Origin: a virus
Lineage: Duplodnaviria; Caudoviricetes
Strand: one strand, 5' to 3'
Virus record (IMG/VR): IMGVR_UViG_3300047552_000689
Location: 1 to 56,432 of that record
DNA length: 56,432 bases
Shown here: one piece after another, positions 7,615-15,334 of the stretch
How positions within the stretch are numbered: position 1 is the first letter of the stretch
Layout of the letters: every line of letters begins with the position of its first letter
Program-made: the position numbers and the translations under genes
Notes under the pieces: model-generated
What the model saw: only the letters and a program-made list of their open reading frames with translations
Databases searched by the model: none
What the model was told of the DNA's origin: nothing

Positions 7615-8067
7615 ATGAAGTGGATTGTTTCAGCACTGCTCGCCCTCATCCTGGCGATCTCCCCCTCCTGGGGTCTCTCTACAGAGACCATGCCGGAGAG
7701 CGACAACATCGAGCTCGCCAATCAGCGCTGTCCTGACTACGACAACAGCCTGATGCGAGCGCAGCAGTACGTGATCGAGAAGGCCAAGGAGGCCGACTGG
7801 CAGGATCTGAAGATGATCCACATCATCTCAGATGCCACAGTGTCTCAGGTTCTCAACTTTGTCACAGTCCTCCCAACGCTCAGCATGGCCCCGCGCCTCG
7901 AGGAGGTTGTGAAGGCTGAGACCAAGATGATCATGATCGTCTACGCGCCGTCTCGGCCCAGGGCGATCTTCGTCTTCGTGGATAAGAGCGACTGTGTCAT
8001 CGCCAACGGCCCGATCGACTCTGAGACGACCGCGTCGATGCTCAAGATCCTCGAGATTCCGCACTGA
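7615..8067 (+). CDS. exported protein with N-terminal signal peptide
   Basis: AAGGAG RBS; MKWIVSALLALILAISPSWG signal-peptide pattern; two Cys. Confidence 0.65.
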   Translation: MKWIVSALLALILAISPSWGLSTETMPESDNIELANQRCPDYDNSLMRAQQYVIEKAKEADWQDLKMIHIISDATVSQVLNFVTVLPTLSMAPRLEEVVKAETKMIMIVYAPSRPRAIFVFVDKSDCVIANGPIDSETTASMLKILEIPH

Positions 8068-8182
8068 TCATTTTTCGTTGCCTCCTGAGAGAAACGAGAG
8101 TATCTCCAAGGCACAGCAGCGACTGCCATGTGGCGGCTGACACACTTTCAACCAACCATGACAACCTGAAAGAGGTATCCAC

Positions 8183-9211
8183 ATGGCCGCAGGCACCACT
8201 CGGATCGCGGACGTCGTCGTTCCGGAGATCTTCACCCCCTACGTTCAGCAGATCACCGAGCAGAAGTCTCGTCTGATCCAGTCTGGCCTCATGGCCAGCT
8301 CTCCGCTCCTGGGCAACCTGCTCGCGGGCGGTGGTCTCACCTTCAACGTCCCCGGCTGGAAGGACCTCGACGACGACGCGGAGAACGTGTCGACGGACGA
8401 CCCGTCCACCCTGTCCTCGCCGAAGAAGATCGGCTCCGCGACTGAGATCGCGGTTCGCCTCAACCGCAACCAGTCCTGGAGCTCCATGGACCTCGCCGCC
8501 CAGCTCGCTGGCGACGACCCGATGGAAGCCATCGCCTCCCGCGTCGGTGCCTACTGGGCTCGGCGTCTGCAGGACGTCACCATCGCCACCCTGAAGGGCG
8601 TCTTCGCCGACAACGCCGCTGCCCCCTCCGGTTCGGAGCACACCCAGAACGACATGATCGTCGATATCTCGGGCGTTTCCTACTCGGCTGGTGTGACGGA
8701 CTTCTCGGCCGAGGCCTTCATCGATGCCTGCCAGACCATGGGTGATTCCGCTGAGGACATCGTGGCCATCGCGGTGCACTCGGTGGTCATGGCCCGGATG
8801 CAGAAGAACAACCTGATCGACTTCATCCCCGACTCCGAGGGCCGGATCAACATCCCGACCTTCCTCGGTCGCCAGGTGATCGTCGACGACAAGATGCCCG
8901 TCACCTCGGGTGTCTACACCTCGTGGCTGTTCGGTCGCGGCGCGCTGATGTTCGGTCAGACCAATCCCCCGGTCCCGACCGAGACGGATCGCATCGCCGA
9001 GGCTGGTAACGGCTCCGGTCAGGACGTCCTGCACAATCGCGTGCAGTGGTGTATCCATCCGGTCGGCCACAAGTACGCGGGCACGCCCGCGAACGGCGGC
9101 CCCGGCAACGGCACGGGCTCCAACGACCTGGCGAACGCCGGATCCTGGCAGCGCGTCTACGCCGAGCGCAAGATGATCAAGCTGGCTCAGCTGGTCACCC
9201 GCGAGGCATAA
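8183..9211 (+). CDS. major capsid protein
   Basis: 342 aa; TRIADVVVPEIFTPY, AGDDPMEAIA..V..YW, GRQVIVDD; strong codon bias; followed by a hairpin. Confidence 0.92.
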   Translation: MAAGTTRIADVVVPEIFTPYVQQITEQKSRLIQSGLMASSPLLGNLLAGGGLTFNVPGWKDLDDDAENVSTDDPSTLSSPKKIGSATEIAVRLNRNQSWSSMDLAAQLAGDDPMEAIASRVGAYWARRLQDVTIATLKGVFADNAAAPSGSEHTQNDMIVDISGVSYSAGVTDFSAEAFIDACQTMGDSAEDIVAIAVHSVVMARMQKNNLIDFIPDSEGRINIPTFLGRQVIVDDKMPVTSGVYTSWLFGRGALMFGQTNPPVPTETDRIAEAGNGSGQDVLHNRVQWCIHPVGHKYAGTPANGGPGNGTGSNDLANAGSWQRVYAERKMIKLAQLVTREA

Positions 9212-9231
9212 GCCACCGGAAACTGAACTCT

Positions 9232-9254
9232 GGAGGGGGCCACTGGCCCCCTTC
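9232..9254 (+). terminator. hairpin after capsid gene
   Basis: GGGGGCC-ACT-GGCCCCC followed by TTCATT. Confidence 0.55.
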
Positions 9255-9271
9255 ATTGCATGGAGGGACTG

Positions 9272-9655
9272 ATGAGCACTTGGTATCGGATCTGGCGTCG
9301 TCGGCGCGAGCGCGAGGACTTCAAAGAGTACTCAGAACTGGTCTCGACGCCGCTCGAGGACGGGGCCTTCAACGTGTCGGACACCCTGGACATCCCCCTC
9401 CCTGCCCCTGGGACTCTGCTCATTCGCGCGAGCGCGACGCTCGCCGCTGGTCGAGTCACCGTCTCGACGGGCGATGGCACCACCGCGACTCACCCCGCGC
9501 TGGCCGCCAACGAGGTTCACGTCCTCGGCACCTTCGAGGAGAGCGAGGAAGTCACTGTCACGCGCAACGCGGGTGCCTTCTCCGGTCTGATCGAGATCGG
9601 CGTGCGCGACCCGGCTGGCCGCTTCCGCACTATCGCCGAGCTCACTTGCCCCTGA
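9272..9655 (+). CDS. hypothetical virion-region protein, beta-rich
   Basis: GGAGG RBS; Arg-rich N-terminus WYRIWRRRRER. Confidence 0.6.
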   Translation: MSTWYRIWRRRREREDFKEYSELVSTPLEDGAFNVSDTLDIPLPAPGTLLIRASATLAAGRVTVSTGDGTTATHPALAANEVHVLGTFEESEEVTVTRNAGAFSGLIEIGVRDPAGRFRTIAELTCP

Positions 9656-9704
9656 GACTGACCTGGACTATTCACTGATCATCTAGAACCAAGGGAGAAG
9701 CCTA

Positions 9705-10535
9705 ATGGCCCGCGCATCCATCCGTCGTCGTCACCTCCGTCACGGTCGCTACAATCGCGTCCGTCGCTCCAAGGACATGCTCGCCTGGCTCGCCGCCGAG
9801 CAGGCAGATCTGGCCACCACGATGGCCGCTGGTAAGACGGTCACCATGTCCGGCGCGGTCGCCGCCTCGGCCACCCTGACCCTGGCTGCCAATCCCAGCA
9901 ACAACGACACTCTCACGGTCGGCGCGAAGACCTATCGCTTCCGCAACACCACGGCCCAGGCGAACGACGTCAAGATCGGCGCGTCCGCCGCTGCCACGAT
10001 CACCAACCTGGTCGCCGCGATCAAGGCGAATGGCACGGGCGATGGCACCGACTATCACACGGGCACGACCGCGAACGCGACTGTCGACGCGGCCGATGGC
10101 ACGGGCGACACTGTCACGCTCACCGCGCTCACCGCTGGTGTGGCGGGCAACCTCATCGCTGTCAGCGAGACCTTCACCGACGCGGGCAACGTGCTCTCCG
10201 GAGAGTATCTCTCTGGTGGTCTCGACCTCTCGGTCTTCACGAACACGGGTCACGGCTACGATGTGGGCGAAGGCCCCTTCGTCATCACCGCTGGCACGAC
10301 TCTCCCTGCGGGATATACCGCTGGCGATCTCCTGTGGATCCGCACGGTTCCCACGGCCAACACCTTCACGGTCACCACCGAGAAGGGCAGCCAGATCCTC
10401 AAGACCTTTGTGGATGATGGCACGGGCACGCTCACCTTCCGCCGCAAGGACAGCGAGGAGGCCATCTACGAGCTGCTCAAGCAGAAGAAGTCGGTGCAGA
10501 TCACGAATGCCACCGATATTGACGACCTGACATAA
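9705..10535 (+). CDS. putative head decoration/fibre protein
   Basis: Thr/Ala/Gly-rich beta protein after the capsid gene, highly biased codons, Arg-rich N-terminus. Confidence 0.55.
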   Translation: MARASIRRRHLRHGRYNRVRRSKDMLAWLAAEQADLATTMAAGKTVTMSGAVAASATLTLAANPSNNDTLTVGAKTYRFRNTTAQANDVKIGASAAATITNLVAAIKANGTGDGTDYHTGTTANATVDAADGTGDTVTLTALTAGVAGNLIAVSETFTDAGNVLSGEYLSGGLDLSVFTNTGHGYDVGEGPFVITAGTTLPAGYTAGDLLWIRTVPTANTFTVTTEKGSQILKTFVDDGTGTLTFRRKDSEEAIYELLKQKKSVQITNATDIDDLT

Positions 10536-10545
10536 GGAGCACGAT

Positions 10546-11103
10546 ATGAATCTCGCCGAAGCAATTGCATCGCTCGACCCGAAGAACGACGAGCACTGGA
10601 CCGAGTCCGGTGTGCCCAAGCTCGACGTCATCAAGGAGCTCACGGGCCAGTCCTACTCCCGCAAGGAGGTCACCGAGGCGGCCCCCAAGGTCACTCGCGA
10701 GGCCCTCCTCCTGGGGCAGGACACGAGTGTCAAGCCGCCCCAGGCGGATGTCGCCGCCAACCCCGAGGTGAAGCTCGCCGCCGAGCCGAAGGCCGACGAG
10801 GCCGTCGCCGAGGACGCGCTGAGCAAGGCGAAGGCCGCGCTCGAGTCGATCGAGGCCGAGCGTTACGCCGCCGAGCAGGTCTTCAAGGAGGCCAAGATCG
10901 TCCTGGACGACCTGACCGCGAAGCGGGACAAGCTGTCTCAGGAGGTCGACTCTCTCACCCCGAAGCCGAACACGATGTCGGATATCCAGTTCTGGCTCAA
11001 GCGCCAGCACGAGATCCGCCTCGCCCGTGGTCCCAAGCAGGGTCCGTCCGACCTCGACAAGGGTCTGCGTCTTCGCGCGCGCCCGGCTCGGGGTCTGCTC
11101 TAA
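10546..11103 (+). CDS. conserved head-region protein
   Basis: LDPKNDEHWTESGVPK N-terminal motif plus coiled coil; AAGGAG RBS. Confidence 0.6.
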   Translation: MNLAEAIASLDPKNDEHWTESGVPKLDVIKELTGQSYSRKEVTEAAPKVTREALLLGQDTSVKPPQADVAANPEVKLAAEPKADEAVAEDALSKAKAALESIEAERYAAEQVFKEAKIVLDDLTAKRDKLSQEVDSLTPKPNTMSDIQFWLKRQHEIRLARGPKQGPSDLDKGLRLRARPARGLL

Positions 11104-11115
11104 GAGGAGGCAGGC

Positions 11116-11637
11116 ATGCCCTTCACCGTAGAGGATGGCACTGGCGTCACCAACGCCAATGCCTATGTCTCAATCGTCGACAGCGAGGCCTACTGGGCTG
11201 ATCGTGGAGACACGGTGTGGGCAGGTCTGACCGACGCTGTGCAGCAGGCCGCGATCATCAAGGCGACCGACTACATCGACGCTCGCTTCGGCCCCAGGTT
11301 CCGTGGAACCAAGCTGATCACGACCCAGGGGCTGATGTTCCCTCGAGCCGACATCTACGACGAGGACGGCAACGAGATCGAGTACGACAACGGCCTCCCG
11401 GTCCCGTTCATCAACGCGGTCTGCGAGTACGCCTACCGGGCGCGCTCGGCTGATCTCTGGAACGAGCCCGAGCTGAACCGCAAGGGACGGCTCGTCGTTG
11501 AGCGCAGCAAGGTCGGCCCGATCGAGGAGGACATCCGCTACGTCTTCAACCGCGACGTGAGCCAGATCAAGCCCGTCCCTGGGGCAGACCGTCTCATCCT
11601 CAAGTATTGCATCCCCTCCGGCCTCGTGTTCAGGTGA
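11116..11637 (+). CDS. head-tail adaptor (DnaT-like phage family)
   Basis: FTVEDGTGVTNANAYVS...ATDYID...QGLMFPR...KVGPIE signature. Confidence 0.8.
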   Translation: MPFTVEDGTGVTNANAYVSIVDSEAYWADRGDTVWAGLTDAVQQAAIIKATDYIDARFGPRFRGTKLITTQGLMFPRADIYDEDGNEIEYDNGLPVPFINAVCEYAYRARSADLWNEPELNRKGRLVVERSKVGPIEEDIRYVFNRDVSQIKPVPGADRLILKYCIPSGLVFR

Positions 11638-11641
11638 CCTG

Positions 11642-12067
11642 ATGGCAGTCAACTACACGCGACTGCAGGCACTGGCGAAACGGCTGATCGAGGAGAATGG
11701 TCGGCAAGTGACGCTGAACAAGCTCGCCCCGGTCACTCCGGCGGACACCAACAAGCCCTGGCGCTCGAAGGCGGCCCCGCGCGACAGTCTCCCGACCGAG
11801 CAGACTGTCAATGTCATCGCGGTCTTCCTCGACACGATCTCGAGCCGCTATCTTGGCATCACCATCCAGGCGGATGGAACCGAGGACGCCGAGGCCAAGT
11901 ACGTGATGATTGCCACGACCTCCGCCCCGGACCATGATCTCCGCTCGTTCAACGAGCTCGTGGACGAGACCGAGGTCTACAAGATCACGACCCTGAACGT
12001 GCTGCATCCCGGCAGTGATGAGATCTTCGTCGCGTTCAAGGCCCAGAAGAGGAAGCTGTTCGAGTGA
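11642..12067 (+). CDS. head closure / head-tail joining protein
   Basis: Y.RLQALAKRLIEENGR N-terminus; synteny. Confidence 0.7.
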   Translation: MAVNYTRLQALAKRLIEENGRQVTLNKLAPVTPADTNKPWRSKAAPRDSLPTEQTVNVIAVFLDTISSRYLGITIQADGTEDAEAKYVMIATTSAPDHDLRSFNELVDETEVYKITTLNVLHPGSDEIFVAFKAQKRKLFE

Positions 12068-12504
12068 GCCTGACCATCGCACAAGCACGGGACGAGATCC
12101 TGACGATGCTCAAGACGGCCATCGACGCGTCGTCCTATGATGACATCGAGATCCGCTACCAGGACATCCCGGTCGAGCGCGTGAACTCGGTCGCGGGCGC
12201 GGACGAGAATCCGCCGCCCTTCCTGCAGGTCGAGATCATGCACCTCGGTGGAGGCCAGACCTCCCTGGGACCCGTGGCCCGCTGGACCCGGCGCGGTCTG
12301 CTTCGCGTCCAGGTCTTCGCCCCGACCGGACTCGGCATGTCAACCCTGGATGAGATCGCTCAGATTGTCTTGGACGCCTATGAGGGACATAGCTCTCCAG
12401 GAGGCGTCTGGTTTCGGAACGGTCACATCCGTGAGATGGGGCCAGATGGTATCTGGACCCGAATGGATGTACTGGTCGACTTCACCTACAACGAGCGCAA
12501 GTAA
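12064..12504 (+). CDS. tail terminator
   Basis: R.G.L.VQVFAP.G.G...GVWFRN pattern; directly before the tail tube. Confidence 0.7.
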   Translation: MSLTIAQARDEILTMLKTAIDASSYDDIEIRYQDIPVERVNSVAGADENPPPFLQVEIMHLGGGQTSLGPVARWTRRGLLRVQVFAPTGLGMSTLDEIAQIVLDAYEGHSSPGGVWFRNGHIREMGPDGIWTRMDVLVDFTYNERK

Positions 12505-12517
12505 GAGGAACTGAAAC

Positions 12518-14062
12518 ATGGCCCAGGTGGCAAACATCGACAGCAACAGCTCTGGTCTGTCCTTCGCCGAGGAGGCCAGTCTCAAGACGCTTCCGGGCAC
12601 GCCGACTTGGCGTCAGCTCGAGCCCAACAGCTATGGCGATTTCGGCGGCACCAACACGCTGATCGCCCGCAACCCCATCAACGCCGGACGCCAGCGCAAG
12701 AAGGGCGTGGTCGTCGATCTCGAGTCGATGGCCGAGTTCGAGACCGATCTCACCTACTCGCGTGACGAGCTTCAGGAGCTCTGGTCCGGCGCGGTCTGCG
12801 CGGACTTCCACGAGAAGGGTGCCGAGACCGTCACCGCCGTCGACATCGACGCGGGCAACCCGGACGAGTACGAGGTGGCCGCCACCGCTGGCTTCCTGGT
12901 CAACTCGCTCATCATCGGCCGCAACTTCACCAACGCCGCGAACAACGCGCTGAACCTGGTGACTGCCGTCACCACGAACGCCTCGGTCGAGGTAGCCACT
13001 GGCCAGCTCGTGGCCGAGGCCTCCCCGCCCAGCAACGCTCAGATCCTGGTCGTGGGCCACCAGGGCGCGACTGCCGACATCACCGTAGACGTCTCGGGCA
13101 CCTTCCCGGCCTACAAGTCCACCTCGCTCGACTTCACCACGCTGAATCTCAATCCCGGCGAGTGGATCTACGTGGGTGGAGACGCCACGGCCAACAAGTT
13201 CGCCAACGCCGCCAACAACGGCTTCAAGCGCATCCGGTCGATCGCCACGCAGACGCTCACGGTCGACAAGTCGGACGCCACGATGGTGACCGACGCGGGC
13301 ACGGGCAAGGACATCCAGATCTTCTTCGGCCGCTTCCTGCGCAACGAGCAGGGCTCGGACATCGTGAAGAAGACCTACCAGATGGAGCGCACGCTCGGCG
13401 CGCCGGACGACGCCCAGCCCACGCAGATCCAGTCTGAGTACATCACTGGTGCGATGGTGAACGAGGTCGAAATGACCATCGCCGCCGCCGACAAGGTGCT
13501 GGTCAACTGGGCCATGATGGGCCTCGACAACGAGCTGCGTGATGGTGCGACGGGCGTCAAGTCCGGCAACCGTCCGGCGCTCGTCTCCGACGACGCCTTC
13601 AACACCAGCTCGGACTTCTCCCGCATCCGGCTCGCCCCTGTGTCGGCGACGGACGAGGCTCCCACGTCTCAGTTCGTCTACGTCATGGAGATGACGCTGA
13701 ACATCAACAACAACATCACTGCCAACAAGGCGGTGTCTGTCCTGGGCGGCTTCGGTCTCACCCTGGGCACCTTCGAGGTGGGTGCAACGCTGAATGCGTA
13801 CCTGTCCACCATCGACGCCCTACAGTCGGTCAAGGACAACGACAGCGTCACGCTCGACGTTGCCATGGTCAAGGCCAACAAGGGCATGGTCTTCGACTTC
13901 CCGCTCGGCACTCTCGGCGACGGTCGCCCGGACGTCGAGCAGGACCAGTCGGTCATGGTGCCCCTGGAGTTCCAGGCCGCCGAGGCCACGGCAGTCTCGA
14001 CTGACTACGACTACTCGATGTCTATCACCTTCTTCGACTATCTCCCCTCCGCCGCAGGCTAA
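12518..14062 (+). CDS. major tail tube protein
   Basis: 514 aa; LEPNSYGDFGG....ARNPI..GRQRKKG..VD signature of YuA-like tail tubes. Confidence 0.85.
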   Translation: MAQVANIDSNSSGLSFAEEASLKTLPGTPTWRQLEPNSYGDFGGTNTLIARNPINAGRQRKKGVVVDLESMAEFETDLTYSRDELQELWSGAVCADFHEKGAETVTAVDIDAGNPDEYEVAATAGFLVNSLIIGRNFTNAANNALNLVTAVTTNASVEVATGQLVAEASPPSNAQILVVGHQGATADITVDVSGTFPAYKSTSLDFTTLNLNPGEWIYVGGDATANKFANAANNGFKRIRSIATQTLTVDKSDATMVTDAGTGKDIQIFFGRFLRNEQGSDIVKKTYQMERTLGAPDDAQPTQIQSEYITGAMVNEVEMTIAAADKVLVNWAMMGLDNELRDGATGVKSGNRPALVSDDAFNTSSDFSRIRLAPVSATDEAPTSQFVYVMEMTLNINNNITANKAVSVLGGFGLTLGTFEVGATLNAYLSTIDALQSVKDNDSVTLDVAMVKANKGMVFDFPLGTLGDGRPDVEQDQSVMVPLEFQAAEATAVSTDYDYSMSITFFDYLPSAAG

Positions 14063-14076
14063 TCCCTCCGGCTCTG

Positions 14077-14114
14077 TTGCCCTATCGAGGCCCTGGGTGT
14101 ATATCCAGGGCCTC
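14077..14114 (+). promoter_or_regulatory. possible promoter and/or hairpin before chaperone genes
   Basis: TTGCCC(14077-82)-17 bp-TATATC(14100-05), overlapped by the inverted repeat GAGGCCCTGG/CCAGGGCCTC. Confidence 0.35.
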
Positions 14115-14134
14115 ATCTACAAGGAGCAACATAG

Positions 14135-14569
14135 ATGGCGTCTTCTCTCTTCAAGCAGTTCAAGACCGATGCAAAGCTCGAGACCGAGGGTGTGACCTTC
14201 GAGATCGCGGACAGCCGCATCACGATGGCCCGCGCTGGCGTCGGCAATCCCGCCTATGCCACGTCCATGACGAAGCGGACCCAGGCCGTGCGACGGCAGC
14301 TCGCCCGCAACGAGCTCACTCCGGAGCAGGAGGTTGAGATCCTCCGCCAGGTCTACGCCGACTCGATCGTCACCAACTGGGAGGTTCGCGACGGCGAAGG
14401 CTGGCGTCAGGGCATCCCGGCCGAGGACGGCAGCGTCCGAGCCTACAACCGCGACAACGTGGTGAAGATCCTGGCCGAGCTGCCCGAGCTCTTCCTCGAG
14501 CTCCAGAGCCTCGCTTCGAACTTCCAGAACTACCGCGCCGAGGTCCTGGAGTCTGACGCAAAAAACTGA
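14135..14569 (+). CDS. tail assembly chaperone (gpG-like)
   Basis: FKTDAKLETEGV...ARAG..NP.Y; ends DAKN at a slippery site. Confidence 0.85.
   Translation: MASSLFKQFKTDAKLETEGVTFEIADSRITMARAGVGNPAYATSMTKRTQAVRRQLARNELTPEQEVEILRQVYADSIVTNWEVRDGEGWRQGIPAEDGSVRAYNRDNVVKILAELPELFLELQSLASNFQNYRAEVLESDAKN
14560..14566 (+). other. -1 programmed ribosomal frameshift site
   Basis: A AAA AAC heptamer just before the stop; the -1 frame is open through to ORF 14596-14979. Confidence 0.8.
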
Positions 14570-14979
14570 GGGAACTGCTCGACTTCCATCTGAAGATGGG
14601 AGTGGGGCAGGCCCGCAAGTTGCGTGAGATGAACGAGAGGGCGGGGCTGCCGATCCCAGAGGATCTGTACCCGCCCATCCTCCCCCTGGGGCTCGAGTCG
14701 CACTTCTCGGCCTTCGTCGACCTCAGCACCACTCGTGTATTCGGACCAACTGGTCCGGCCCAGATCTCCTGGCTGTCAATCGAGGAGTACGCGGACAGGC
14801 TTGGCTTTCACGGCGATGTCAGGCAAGACTTGCACTATCACGTGAGATCTCTCGACGAGCACTACCTCGCCGAGGTGGCCAAGGCAGCGAAGCAGAGGAG
14901 CAAGAGGGCGAAGCCTGATGCGGATTCGAGTGGACATTCTCAGGGCAGACCTCCGCCGAAGCGTCGATCGCGCGGATAA
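14566..14979 (+). CDS. tail chaperone gpGT C-terminal extension
   Basis: F.DLST.R.FG..GP.QI.W.SI.EYA pattern; reached by -1 shift. Confidence 0.75.
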   Translation: MRELLDFHLKMGVGQARKLREMNERAGLPIPEDLYPPILPLGLESHFSAFVDLSTTRVFGPTGPAQISWLSIEEYADRLGFHGDVRQDLHYHVRSLDEHYLAEVAKAAKQRSKRAKPDADSSGHSQGRPPPKRRSRG

Positions 14980-15334
14980 GGGCATGGTGAAGGCCCTTCG
15001 CGCGTGCACGTCTGCGATGCTGCGCGCGGGCGTCAACATGACCCCAGTCGACACTGGTAAGGCCGTCTCCAACTGGCGCGTCGGCGTCGGACAGCCCACT
15101 CGCGCCGAGGTCGAGGCCCACTCCCCTGGGACCCAGGGGTCGACCGCCTCGGCCAACCGAGCCACTGCGATCGCTGACGGCGAGTCTCGTATTAACTCGA
15201 TCAGCAAGATCCAGGCTGTCTATGTCAGCAACAATGTCAGCTATCTGCAGTACATCAAGCGGCTCCGTGGAGTCGAAGATGTGATGCTCGCGGCTGGCCG
15301 CGTCGCCTTTGAAGCCAACAAGAAGGTGCTCTGA
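14918..15334 (+). CDS. HK97 gp10-like tail completion protein
   Basis: TPVDTGKAVSNW and VYVSNNVSY motifs. Confidence 0.7.
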   Translation: MRIRVDILRADLRRSVDRADKGMVKALRACTSAMLRAGVNMTPVDTGKAVSNWRVGVGQPTRAEVEAHSPGTQGSTASANRATAIADGESRINSISKIQAVYVSNNVSYLQYIKRLRGVEDVMLAAGRVAFEANKKVL

